A stretch of DNA of 64,000 bases from Eledone cirrhosa. Taxonomy: Eukaryota. The position numbers and the translations under genes were made by a program. Below are positions 13,830 through 25,388 of this stretch, piece after piece. The stretch is taken from the NCBI GenBank assembly GCA_964016885.1, contig OZ024743.1, positions 201,934,001 to 201,998,000 of the forward strand, written 5' to 3'. Each line of letters opens with the position of its first letter. The stretch's first letter is position 1. The notes below the pieces were generated by a model that saw only the letters and a program-made list of their open reading frames with translations, searched no databases and had not been told where the DNA came from.

Positions 13830-14085
13830 CAACATCACTTTACATCCGCTTAACCCCGTTTACAAGGGTTGCACGAATCATATTCAGCACAGCATCTCTC
13901 CACTTGTCACGGTCCTTCGTTATATATATATAGTTTTGAGTATGTGTTGGTTGTTTACAGACACTTACGTATGCAGGTTGGAACACTCAACGAAGTGCGC
14001 AGGATGGTCTGTTTACTCCGGAGTAATGTAAAAACAAGAAGTGTAATTCAACAGGATAAAATTACCTTCGTTTATTCATATACGC

Positions 14086-14140
14086 TGCTATATATATTTC
14101 AGAGATAGCCATTATTCAACAGCTATGACCTCATCAGGCA
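14086..14140 (-). ncRNA. Type I hammerhead ribozyme, family F3
   Basis: TGC-CTGATGA-GGTCATAGCTGTT GAA TAATGGCTATCTCT-GAAA TATATA TA-GCA. Confidence 0.75.
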
Positions 14141-14369
14141 CTAAGGAGTTGAACTGGAAAAACAGGAAAACAATCTTGTAATAGAGTTTACCTATTTAAT
14201 CCATTGATATGTTCAGATCCAGAGTGTGGTGTTAATCCTCTAAGGAACTTAAAACATTTCAATTCCTTACAGGACTAACACCACATTCTGGATCTGAACA
14301 TATCAATGGATTAACAAGAACAAATCTGTTACAACATTATGTTTTCCTGTTTTTCCTGTTCAAGTTCTT

Positions 14370-14428
14370 ACTACCTGATGAGGGCTTAGCTGTTGAATAA
14401 TGGCTATCACTGAAATATATATAGCAGT
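14370..14428 (+). ncRNA. Type I hammerhead ribozyme, family F3
   Basis: ACTAC-CTGATGA-GGGCTTAGCTGTT GAA TAATGGCTATCACT-GAAA TATATA TA-GCAGT. Confidence 0.72.
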
Positions 14429-14497
14429 GAATATGAATAAATTAAGATTATTTTACCCCGTTGACTTACACTTCTTGTTTATTTATATATGTATGTT

Positions 14498-14652
<155 letters not shown>

Positions 14653-14677
14653 AATATAAAAATATATATATATATAC

Positions 14678-14708
<31 letters not shown>

Positions 14709-14773
14709 TATATACATATATATATGTATATATATATATATATATAAATATAAATATGTATATATATATATAT

Positions 14774-14806
<33 letters not shown>

Positions 14807-14840
14807 TACATATATATATGTATATATATATGTATATATT

Positions 14841-14873
<33 letters not shown>

Positions 14874-14906
14874 ATTTATATATATATATATATTTATATA
14901 TATATT

Positions 14907-14937
<31 letters not shown>

Positions 14938-15088
14938 ACATGCAAAAGTTTTATTTAAAATTGTAGGGTTACAACGAGTAAATATTTTATAACTGATATA
15001 AAAGCACTCAACAGATTTTGGAGTATGTTTACGATATTAGTTTAATATCGTATATTTATATATATATATTTATATATATTTATATATA

Positions 15089-15189
<101 letters not shown>

Positions 15190-15208
15190 TTATATATATA
15201 TGTATATA

Positions 15209-15258
<50 letters not shown>

Positions 15259-15268
15259 AACGAGTAGG

Positions 15269-15364
15269 ACCCCGACGGCTGAGCTCAAGCCGTTTAGACG
15301 GCTAATTCTGGACTAAATGAACATTTTTATCCTGGTATTTGAATAGCCGAGCTTCTCAAGGGGT
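15269..15364 (-). ncRNA. Hammerhead ribozyme, family F4, U3:A8 core variant (G12 mutated in this copy)
   Basis: ACCCC-TTGAGAA-GCTCGGCTATTC...GAATTAGCCGTC-TAAAC GGCT TGAGCTC AGCC GTC-GGGGT. Confidence 0.7.
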
Positions 15365-16199
15365 AATTCCATATATGGTCAAAGTGATTGTCACATGGAT
15401 TGGTCAAAAGTTTGTAGTTGAGACATAATAATTCTATGATGGCAATTAGTGGAGGGAAGGGGTAGCTAAACCTGCCACTAGGAGAAAGAGGGAGAGAGGG
15501 TGGAGGAGACCCATTCATGCGTTGATAGTGCCGGCTACAGTTGGGCGTGAGGTCAAAGAAGATACTAGGGAGGGGGAGGGAGAGGAAGTCGAACCAGTAA
15601 GTAGAACAATGAGGGGTAAATATATAGAAAAATACTGAGAGTGTTAAAAAGCAATTAAATGTAAAAAAAAAAAACAATTTCTGGTTACTACGACCTAAGT
15701 CTCTCACTATTGCTAGGCTAAAGAAATATACTAGGTGGGACGGAATTAAAATGAGAACCTTTTAAGAGGTATAAGTAAATATCCGAGTATATCTTACGGT
15801 GACGGGTCAACAAGTGAGGGGCCAAAATACTAAAGAGACTACCACGAAATAATAAAAGTTTCTACCCCAGGCACAAGGTCAGCAACCACCCAGTGCAAAA
15901 AAGTAAATTAATACGAAATAATAATTCAGAGACCCGAAAAAGAATACTAATACTATCTCTAAGGGTGCCGCCCACCTAGGGTGCGGCCCACCTAGTATAT
16001 TTCTTTACCCTAGCAATAGTGAGAGACTTAGGTCGTAGTAACCAGAAATTGTTTATTTTCTTTTACATTTAATTGCTTTTTAACACTCTCAGTATTTTTC
16101 TATATATTTACCCCTCATTGTTCTCCTTACTGTTTCGACTTCCTCCCCCTCCGGGTCCGTAAATAATTAATCAGCTTCTTCCGCGACTGGGGATTTAAA

Positions 16200-17210
16200 A
16201 TAACACTACAAACGTCCCTGACCCGAGTAAACTTCCTGGACGTTACCCTCGACCTCGATAATGACCTGTACTACCCATACAGGAAACCTAACGACAACCT
16301 GCACTACATCCACCGCCGATCAAACCATCCTAGGAACATCACCAATAACCTGGTTAAAAACATCTCCCTCCGCATATCCCGTTTGTCAGCTAATGAGCAG
16401 ATATTCGATGAACATGCGCCTTATTACAATCAGGCCCTCAAGCGGAGTGGTTTCCGGGAGGAAATATCCTACTGTCCAGCTCCCATTAGCGGAACCAGCA
16501 GGCGACACCGCTGCTCACGCAATGTAACATGGTTCAATCCTCCCCACAACGTCGAGGTGACAACTCCTATCGGGAAAATATTCTTTAGCCTTATTGTAAA
16601 ACAATTCCCACTACAACACTGCTACCACAAAATAATTAACAAAAATACCATCAAACTCTCTTACAGTACTACACCAAACTTTGCACAAAACATCGTCTCC
16701 TCCAACAACAAAAAACTCAACCCCGATAGAAGAAATAACCTAAATAGCAGTGGAGAGACGACCAGGAGGTGCAACTGTCCTGATGGATCCATTTTCCCCC
16801 TCGACAACAGATGCAGAGATCTTAATGTGATCTACCAGTGCAACGTGAGGACGGACACCTCCAACAAAGCTTATATAGGATTAACCGCATGTGACTTCAA
16901 GACCCGGCTATACCAACACAGACATACCTTCCGAAACCCGGCCCGGCGTCACGCCACTACACTTTCGGGCCGCATATGGGACCTCAAGGATAACAACATT
17001 ACCTATGATCTCACTTGGAGATTACTGTCCAGAGCCAACTCTTACACGGGAGGACGCCCTCCGTGCAATTTATGCTCGGAGGAGACTTTACAAATGCTGT
17101 TTTCGACGGACCAACTCCTAAACAAGAAAGATGAACGGGTTACTGCATGTAAACACTGATTGCATAGGACTTACCTCGCCGTCAAACCCCATAATGACGC
17201 GGGAGTGTAG
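16200..17210 (+). pseudogene. PLE RT thumb and GIY-YIG endonuclease fragment
   Basis: VNFLDVTLDL..PYRKPND..SNHP..WFNPP..NTIKLSYS..CNCP..VIYQCNV..AYIGLT..FKTRLYQH..TTLSGRIWDLK..CNLCSEE..CKH. Confidence 0.9.
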
Positions 17211-18303
17211 ACTAGGGCTATAACACCCCACTTGACGATTTTATAATGGGTAACCATTGCTTGCTAAGGGAGACGTAAGATCTTTTATATCTTTTTATCG
17301 CTTCCTCTATATTTCCTTCTTCTTCTTCCCTCCATCCCTCCCTAGTCCTTCCACCCCAGTTCTTTTTCTTTGTCGTCGTCTTTTCCTTGCCCACCCGAGG
17401 CAGCCCCTCGGTCCTTTGTAGCCTCACTACCCCCACCCTTCCCCTATTCTATGATAGATTTGGCCGACTCCGCTTTTTATAGCAGATGTGTTAGACCCCG
17501 GATACTTGCCCTCTTATCCGACCGCTGCCCCCTTTCCGTCTTTCTATATCTCCTAGTGCCATCTTTGCTTTAATTTCTCGTTTATCAGTATTTATTATTT
17601 TTTTTTAGGGGGGTGGGGGGGATTCTGAATTAATTTTCCGTATCAAATTTTACTTTTACTTCGTACAAGCTTTTATGTAGCACTAGAAATTTTGTATCGT
17701 GGCGGCACTCTTAGAGAGAGTATTAGTACTCTTTTTCGGGACTGAATTATTATTTCGTATTAGTTTACTTTTTTGCACTGGGTGGTTGCTGGCCTTGCGC
17801 CTGGGGTAGAAACTTTTATTATTTCGTGGTAGTCTCTTTAGTATTTTGGCCCCTCACTTGTTGAACCGTCACCGTAAGATATACACGGTTTATTTACTTA
17901 TACCTCTTAAAAGGGTCTCATTTTAATTCCGTCCCACCTAGTATATTTCTTTAGCCTAGCAATAGTGAGAGACTGAGGTCGTAGTAACCAGAAATTGTTT
18001 ATTTTTTTAACATTTAATTGGTTTTTAACACTCAGTATTTATCTATATATTTACCCCTCATTGTTCTACTTACTGTTTCAACTTCCTCCCCCTCCTCCTC
18101 CCTAGTATCTTCTTTGACCTCACGCCCAGCTGTAGCCGGCACTATCAACGCATGAATGGGTCTCCTCCACTCCCTCTCCCTCTTTCTCCTACTGGCAGGT
18201 TTAGCTACCCCTTCCCTCCACTAATTGCCATCATAGAATTATTGTCTCAACTACAAACTTTTGACCAATCCCTGTGACAATCACTTTGACCATATATGGA
18301 ATT

Positions 18304-18399
18304 ATCCCTTGAGAAGCTCGGCTATTCAAATACCAGGATAAAAATGTTCATTTAGTCCAGAATTAGCCGTCTAAACGGCTTGAGCTCAGCCGTCGGGGT
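18304..18399 (+). ncRNA. Hammerhead ribozyme, family F4, U3:A8 core variant (G12 mutated in this copy)
   Basis: ATCCC-TTGAGAA-GCTCGGCTATTC...GAATTAGCCGTC-TAAAC GGCT TGAGCTC AGCC GTC-GGGGT. Truncated copies at ~49124 and ~52203 read CGAAAC. Confidence 0.7.
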
Positions 18400-18406
18400 C
18401 CTACTC

Positions 18407-18453
<47 letters not shown>

Positions 18454-18459
<6 letters not shown>

Positions 18460-19371
18460 CTTTTTTTTGGGTTGTAACTTCTCTGTTTTCTAGCTTAGGA
18501 AAATATTTATATATATGCCTACGTATATAATTACGGGCATATATGTATTTATTTTCTTTTATTAATTAAGTTCTTTACACGAGGGATTAATATTGGTTTA
18601 GAAATAACTAATTAACCCGCGTATGTTTTATATTTTACTCTTAATAATTCGGCCGGAGAATTATATTCCCATTTGCCCTTTATAGCATAACTTTCTGCAT
18701 TTACTGCGGTTATGAGAAGCGGTTCTTATTCGGGTACAACTTCTGATTTAGCCTAAGAAAATATCTATATGTGTGTGTAATTTATACAAGCATATATTTA
18801 TTTTTTTATTTTCAATTGAGTTCTTAAACATGTTGGATTGATAATCTTTTCAAAAAAACTAATTAACCCGCGTGTATATTATTTTTTTTCCTCATTTCGT
18901 GGGTTGTCTCCCCTTCCCGCTTCGTGTCGCTATGATACTTCCTCAGTCAAAAACTGCTGGAATTTCAAATTTGGCGGTCATTCGAGGTGAGAGAGAGTAA
19001 CTTTACGGACATTATTTTTGACAGCGGTAAGAAATTGTTTTCTTATAGCAATGTTTAAAGGGCTTCCACTGATGATTTATAAGTGCCCACCTAAATATAT
19101 TCTCACATGAATATATATTAGGCTTCTACATAAACTGGAAACATTCTCCCAAACTTGTAGAAAACTTATAATGAAACAATTGTTTGGAAAGAGAGATATA
19201 CTTTAACTTTAATTATATCTCATAAAATAATACAACTGCTTTTTCCACATTATACATATTGTTAGCACCCCAAACACTTAAATTGGGTTTATAGTTTAAT
19301 ATAACCTAATGTTTGTTGAGTGAGATGGTTACCAGTCAGAGTTTAGCTTTAAACTATCTCTGTTATTGTAT

Positions 19372-19375
<4 letters not shown>
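18454..19375 (+). mobile_element. Non-coding pLTR-like repeat, family F1, between (TA)n tracts
   Basis: Homologous to 21-582; internal diverged duplication around AACTAATTAACCCGCGT (~18605 and ~18857). Confidence 0.7.
19064..19189 (+). ncRNA. Type I hammerhead ribozyme, family F1, branched stem II
   Basis: TTCCA-CTGATGA-T TTATAAG [hairpin CCTAAATATATTC/GAATATATATTAGG; hairpin TTCTACA/TGTAGAA] CTTATAA T-GAAAC AATT GTT-TGGAA. Confidence 0.82.
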
Positions 19376-19452
<77 letters not shown>

Positions 19453-19462
19453 ATATATATTT

Positions 19463-19655
19463 ATAACGAAGGAAATGTGGTAAGGAACCGGTGGACCATA
19501 ACGCACCAGAGTACTTAATACTTAGGGTAGTAGAGTAGGTAATAGGAAAGAGTAGGATCCCGACGGCTGAGCTCAAGCCGTTACGACGGCTAATTCTGGA
19601 TATGCGAATTAGCCGTTGAAAAGGCCTGAGCTCAGCCGTCGGGCTCCTACCTGTT

Positions 19656-19660
<5 letters not shown>
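19463..19660. mobile_element. Miniature F4 two-armed insertion (~55 bp arms plus ~80 bp tail)
   Basis: ATAGGAAAGAGTAGGATCCCGACGGCTGAGCTC... / ...GAGCTCAGCCGTCGGGCTCCTACCTGTTCCTAT; tail ends ATAACGAAGG in (TA)n. Confidence 0.85.
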
Positions 19661-19708
<48 letters not shown>

Positions 19709-19871
19709 ATATATATATATATATATATATTTATTTATTTATTTATTTATATATATATATATAAATATATATATATATAAATATATATATATAAATATAT
19801 ATATAATTGTCCCAAGGCTCTGATACCATCAACACTATAAACACAGAGCTGGCATATCTAAGAACTGACGA

Positions 19872-19927
19872 ACTGCCTGATGAGGTCATAGCCATTCAAT
19901 GGCTATCATCGAAATATATATAGCAGT
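19872..19927 (+). ncRNA. Type I hammerhead ribozyme, family F3, in a ~165 bp insertion between (TA)n tracts
   Basis: ACTGC-CTGATGA-GGTCATAGCCATT C AATGGCTATCATC-GAAA TATATA TA-GCAGT; canonical core, palindromic stem III. Confidence 0.88.
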
Positions 19928-19972
19928 AAGTAAAGGATTATGAGTTCATGCAATTGACTTGTTTCGTCACTA

Positions 19973-20004
<32 letters not shown>

Positions 20005-20008
<4 letters not shown>

Positions 20009-20132
20009 AACGAGTAGGACCCCGACGGCTGAGCTCAACCCATTTCGACGGCTAATTCTGGACTAAATCTAAAGTATTGTGTACTTTGGTACGTTATGGT
20101 CCACCTGGTTCCTTACCACATTTCCTTCGTTA
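20005..20132. mobile_element. Miniature F4 insertion: inverted pLTR end joined to tail fragment
   Basis: 20005-20068 matches 15256-15318; 20070-20132 matches the F4 tail ending TTCCTTCGTTATA. Confidence 0.8.
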
Positions 20133-20375
20133 TATATATATATATTTATTTTTGTCAAATCAATTTTCCATTCGTCTTAGCGAGACAAAATTCCTGAAAC
20201 TAGTAAAGCAGTTCCATTTGTTTCACATTCGAACACGCACACATATATGTACACATAATATATATATATATGTGTGTGTGTGTTGTGTGTGTGTGTGGGT
20301 ATGTGTCTGTGTGTGTGAGTATCTATGGTTGGGTACTTCTCGAGTTTTAGGGAAACAGTTACACAGACATTCTTT

Positions 20376-20419
<44 letters not shown>

Positions 20420-20420
20420 T

Positions 20421-21941
20421 TATTAAAATAACAGATTAAAGTTTAAGCAAAGAATCGCTGCTTTCACCCTTAACGGGATCTTCTGAAACTAACAAAGTCA
20501 ATCTGTAAACGCAGAACAGGATATTTCAAAAAACGTTGCAACCGGAGGAAGACAGGAAGACGATACTTTGGTTTGTGGAAACGTTCGCTGGCAAAGAACG
20601 GGAAAAACGAATAATACGTCATTAATAGGAGCGGTGAAAAGCAATTACGCGCAAAGACAGAACCGCGTTTATGGTATAAAAGAGGTCGTAGACTAATGTT
20701 CTCTTAGGTGGTGCATAGAGACATTCTCTGGCAATGAACGAAAACACGAAGATAATACGTCATATGTGGAGCGTGGAGAACAATAGCACGCAAAGACAAA
20801 ACCACGTAAATGGTATAGCAGAAGTCGTAGACTAAAATCCTAACTAGGAAACCAAATGAATCTCCACTACAGAGTTAAGAACAAAGTAAATAAATACAAT
20901 ACAGAAGTAATAGAAATAAATAAATACATACATGCAAACGAATACGTACATACACAAGCATACGCAAAACCTTACCATAGGTATACAGAACCACGCACAT
21001 ATAAATATGTGTGTGTGTGTATGCGTGTATACAAATAAATAAATAATTATATAAACGTATATAAATAAATAAACACGTATATAACAAGCGCACATACATA
21101 CCTACATATAAATACACGAATGTTCGGAGACGTAAGTCAACTAAAACAAGAAGTACACATATACACGCACCCACCATACGTACGAACCTGCATACTCACA
21201 CAGACGCGAAACTCCCGTATACACATAGCCAAACCCTATGTACCAGGATATATAAAATTATACGCCATAACAATCAAATATAGGTGCGAGAAGTTATACG
21301 TACCTTCACAAAACATACGGGTAATATATACCTACCTATGCAAATAAGTAAAGGAATAAATAAAACATATAGTTAGCTCCCACATCAAGACGTGAAATAT
21401 CCACGTATAGATCGTACTATCCGTTAGGGTATAACGTGCGGCTGTAATACAGGAAAGTTTTGTGCAATTTATGTTTACAAGCCGAAATTGCCTCAGATTT
21501 TTTGTTTAAGATGTGGTCTGTGGCGTAGAGTATTTCCAGGGCCTCAGCGGCGCAGAGGTCACATAGTCTTTTATTTCCGTTATACGATCTAGCCCTAGCT
21601 AGGATCTCCCAGTGTAACTTATATTGGGTGTGGTTGTCTTTTAGACTCCAGATATAACCTGAAAGTGACGTCATATTCCTTCTTAGAGGGTAACGAAAAG
21701 AATGGGTATGCATGTAAAGACGCTGCTTGAAACTATTGGCGGTTAACCCTATGTAGGCCCTACGGGACGTGGGTGTTACAACCTTACATTTGTAGACAAT
21801 GTTACTAGAGAGGCATTTCCCGGATAGGGGCAATCAGCCCGATTCCTACAATTACAGTTAGTACTAACTACAGGGTTGCACGTGTTCCTACGGCTAGGTA
21901 GTTTAGCTAAATTTGAAGCTATGATGTTATGTGCAAGGTTA
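20421..21941 (-). mobile_element. 5'-truncated Naiad-type PLE, family F5 (GIY-YIG 21417-21941, 3' UTR/pLTR)
   Basis: CNC..CPLSGKCLSSNIVYKCKV..AYIGLTANSFKQRLYMH..CDLCAAE..CKH; homologous to 54000-54890 and 56346-56925. Confidence 0.9.
20431..20506 (-). ncRNA. Hammerhead-like motif, family F5, U4A core (CAGAAGA)
   Basis: ACAGATTGA..AGTTT-CAGAAGA-TCCC GTTAA GGGT-GAAA GCAG CGATTCT TTGC TT-AAACT.TTAATCTGT. Confidence 0.7.
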
Positions 21942-23637
21942 TCGTAATTGTAATTGCCCTATTAAAACTAAATGTCCTCTCAATAACCATTCTCTTGATA
22001 CAAACTTAGTCTATAAATGTAAGGTTATAACTGATACCAATTCCTTTACCTATTTCAGTTCCACTTCCACTTCCTTCAAAGCCAGATTTTCTAATCACAA
22101 TTCGTCTTTTAAATACCAACTTAAAAGAACTAACACGGCACTCTCGGAACTCATATGGTCCTTGAAAGACAAACATATTAACTATAACATCTCTTGGAGG
22201 AAGGTTTGTTCTGCCTTTCCTTACCTGAATTCTTCCCTATCCAGAACATTTAATCTCTGCCTAGCCGAGAAATTTACCATTATATCTAATTTCAATTCTA
22301 TAATAAATAGACGCACGAATTTATTTTCTCTCTGCTTGCATAAATTCCATAGAACATTCCATAAATTATACAGCTAATATCTCAATACCTTACTAGTTTA
22401 AAATCCTTTTTCTCAAAGGCTTATATATCTTTTACAAATATACCCATCTTTCTACCTTATTTCAATATTATATATTATATAATACAATTCACCCATTCTA
22501 TATCATTCCTCTTTATCATTTTCCTTTCTTCCTTTTTTCTTTTCTTTTTAATTTCTAACCTCTAATCTGTACTTTTTCTTCCCAACTACTTCTCAATTCT
22601 TATTATTACTCACCACAACATTATCCATTCTTCCATCTTTCCTTATATCATTGGCCATAAAAATTATTTTTTTAATACATTATAATATTACCATTAGAAG
22701 TCCTTCGTAAACATTTATTTTTTGACGTTAGATTTTTTTTCTTCCTTAAATTTTGTATATCTCTTCCATCCTTTCATGCTCATTTTAAACTACTACTTAA
22801 TTTGACTTTTACATATTACAATACATAGAAACAAACTTAAACCCTAACTAATTTCTTTTAATATATTATATTATTACCATTAGAAAATATTTCGTAAACA
22901 TATACTTTTTGATGTTAGATATTTTCTTCCTTAAACATTCTTTTCTTCTTTCTTTCCGCGCTCATTTTAAACAAACTATTTACGTACACATATTACATTA
23001 CATAAAAACAAACTTAAACCCTAACTAATTCCTCTAAATTCATAACTCATTCATTCTTCTCCTACTTTTCACATTATATCCCTAATATCATTAATATTTT
23101 TATTTTAATAATACATATTAATACATTCTTTTCCTCGCACATATTATTAAACACTTCAATATACAAACCTTAATTTAATACTATTCTTAATCCCTTTTTC
23201 TTCATGCATAAATCTCATTAACTTTTAATTTCAAAATCTTTAAAATTATCTATTATCTTCCAACAGCTTATTAATTTCTCTCTGTGAGACAATATATATT
23301 TTTTTCTCAGTTGTAAAGGCTATCTCTCTCTCTATCACCCATCTCTCCTCCTCTCTCATCCGTCCTTCTTATACACCTCCCCGCCATCCTTTACTCTCAT
23401 TTCTTCCTCTTCCTTACCTTTTTCAACGCCCCACTCACTTTTTCCCAATCTCATACATCAATCTTAATTTATTTTTCATATGTTGATTGAAAACTTGACT
23501 ATTGACAAGTGTTTTTTAAGCTTCATATAATGTCTCCCTATTTTATCTGATGAGAACGCAGATATCATCCCATGATGATACTTGTTTTTGAAATGCGCAT
23601 AATAAAATAGTGGGAACACTTTTAACCACCTTTTGAT

Positions 23638-23641
<4 letters not shown>
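21938..23641 (+). mobile_element. 5'-truncated Naiad-type PLE, family F6 (GIY-YIG ~21940-22377, long AT-rich 3' region)
   Basis: NCNCPIKTKCPL..LVYKCKV..FKARFSNH..TALSELIWSLK..ISW..NLCLAEK..CLH; ~187 bp internal duplication at ~22685 and ~22873; ends in (TA)n. Confidence 0.88.
23538..23610 (+). ncRNA. Type I hammerhead ribozyme, family F6
   Basis: CTATTTTAT-CTGATGA-GAACGCAGATATCATC CCAT GATGATACTTGTTTTT-GAAA TGCGCA TA-ATAAAATAG; 9 bp stem I, palindromic stem III. Confidence 0.88.
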
Positions 23642-23731
<90 letters not shown>

Positions 23732-24844
23732 GCTGTAAATGTATGTGTGTGTGTGGAAACCGATATGTCAGGTTTTAAGTATAGAAGAATATGTAGATAT
23801 GAATCATGCAGGTACGAATATGAAGGATGAATACCAGAATGTAACCAAAGGTTTCTATAAACAGAAACAAAGATAAAAGGAAGGAAATGAATATCGGATG
23901 AAACATGGGAGGTTAGTGACGTGTGGTCCGAAAGGAACAAAAAATAATTATTGAAAGTTAAAGAAGGAATACAATAGACGTTTAAATTAAAATAGCAAAA
24001 TAGTGGCGTCTTAATAGAGACGTTACAAACTATTAAAGAAGAGAGTGAAGGGGATTCCTGGAAGTAAACGCCGATAAATCAGATACATTTCTAAACACAG
24101 GAGCCAGTTACGGAATCAGAAAAGCTTATGAAATAATAGATACGATTATAGACACAATAGAGAGATAAACAGACTACCTGCCTATATTTTTCATGGGGAA
24201 TTTAAATCATCAGATATAACTATATGAGAAAGTTAGAATGCCCTGAGAATTTCTGAAGCACAATTACTTGAAGTAGCTGTATGCGAAATATCATTCGAAG
24301 AATTAGCAATGCTCAGTTTTGTAATATAGAACCCAACATATGTAAAGCATAACAAAAGACAAAACAACTTAGTTGTGCATTAATGTGAGTTTAAGGATGG
24401 GAGTCCTTACCATATATTCATTTTCCATTATCAAATCTTTATTGGATCGATTTTTCTTTCTAGCACCCCGAGTCAATTTCTATATAATAAGAAGCAATTC
24501 TCTACTACAATATATCTAGTCAACCCGTTTTGTTTGGCTTTATACCATTCAAACATTTTCAATACTTCCTGAGATCTCTCTATAATCTCTCTGTGGAATA
24601 CGATACCTGGAAAGAGAAATAATTCCATGACGCCTCAATTATGAATAGATTGACTTGATCCTAAAATGTTCTTAATGACAACAATGGGCAACATTAAATG
24701 CAATGACAATGAATTGGAACCATCAAAGAAATACGTCCATGAAGTTTCCTACTCTGCTCTGAGCGGAAACAGATTAAAAAACAACAAATCCTATGTGTCT
24801 TATATTTTAAGACATCTAACGAATTAAGTGATCACAGTTCCGAT

Positions 24845-25052
24845 ACTATGAGCATGTAGTTAGATTGTCTTAGGAAAGGAACACTGGATACATTTTACGG
24901 GCAAAACAAACCGGCAGGGGTATACCCTGAGCAAGATTGTTGGATAACATCAATGAGCTTGGCTGGTCACGCTTGGGAATCCGGCTGGATCAGTTGGAGA
25001 CGGTTGCCTCTGAAAAGACTCGGTGGGAGGAATGTTTGAGGACTCTGAAAAA
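24845..25052 (+). mobile_element. Degenerate RTE-clade LINE 3' fragment
   Basis: ..ILRAKQTGRG..RLLDNINELGWSRLGI..LETVASEKTRWEECL; homologous to 50600-50770. Confidence 0.7.
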
Positions 25053-25100
25053 TAATTGTGAGACGACGACGACGACGACGACAACGAAGACGAAGATGAG

Positions 25101-25147
<47 letters not shown>

Positions 25148-25388
25148 TTTTCTTTATTAACCACAAGGGTTTACATAAAGTAGACATTAAGTCAGTACAG
25201 TACAATACAGGACGGTACAAATGGGCATTTCTGCGTGTAAAAAAACAGAGGATGTAATAAAATAACAAAGAAAAATTCCCCAATAAGGGGGAGACTTCCG
25301 AGGGACATTTGTGGAGAAAGCCTATTAAAAGACCACAGTGACCCTGACCACCAGGGCAAGTGCCCTCTCCCAGTTTTCCACCTTTAAT

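Larger units (their letters stand above)
13932..14481. mobile_element. Two-armed inverted pLTR insertion, family F3, ~100 bp tail on left arm
   Basis: 14032-~14250 is the diverged reverse complement of ~14260-14480; (TA)n flanks. Confidence 0.85.
15256..18410 (+). mobile_element. 5'-truncated Naiad-type PLE, family F4, with upstream inverted pLTR arm
   Basis: 15256-~15960 is the reverse complement of ~17700-18408; 15990-16150 re-duplicates 17935-18095; coding remnant 16155-17210; (TA)n both sides. Confidence 0.9.

Noticed and set aside
17157-17159. In-frame TGA codons in Naiad-type GIY-YIG remnants (also ~40551) as possible selenocysteine
   Set aside because: Some Naiad PLEs are reported to recode UGA, but these TGAs fall at Arg/Lys and Trp positions by comparison with sibling ORFs, not Cys. 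The stop-free F9 frame has no internal TGA.
18364-18394. AGCCGT/ACGGCT/AGCCGT triple repeat as an independent terminal switch or MITE TIR
   Set aside because: Better explained as stem II 3' strand plus stem III of the F4 hammerhead.
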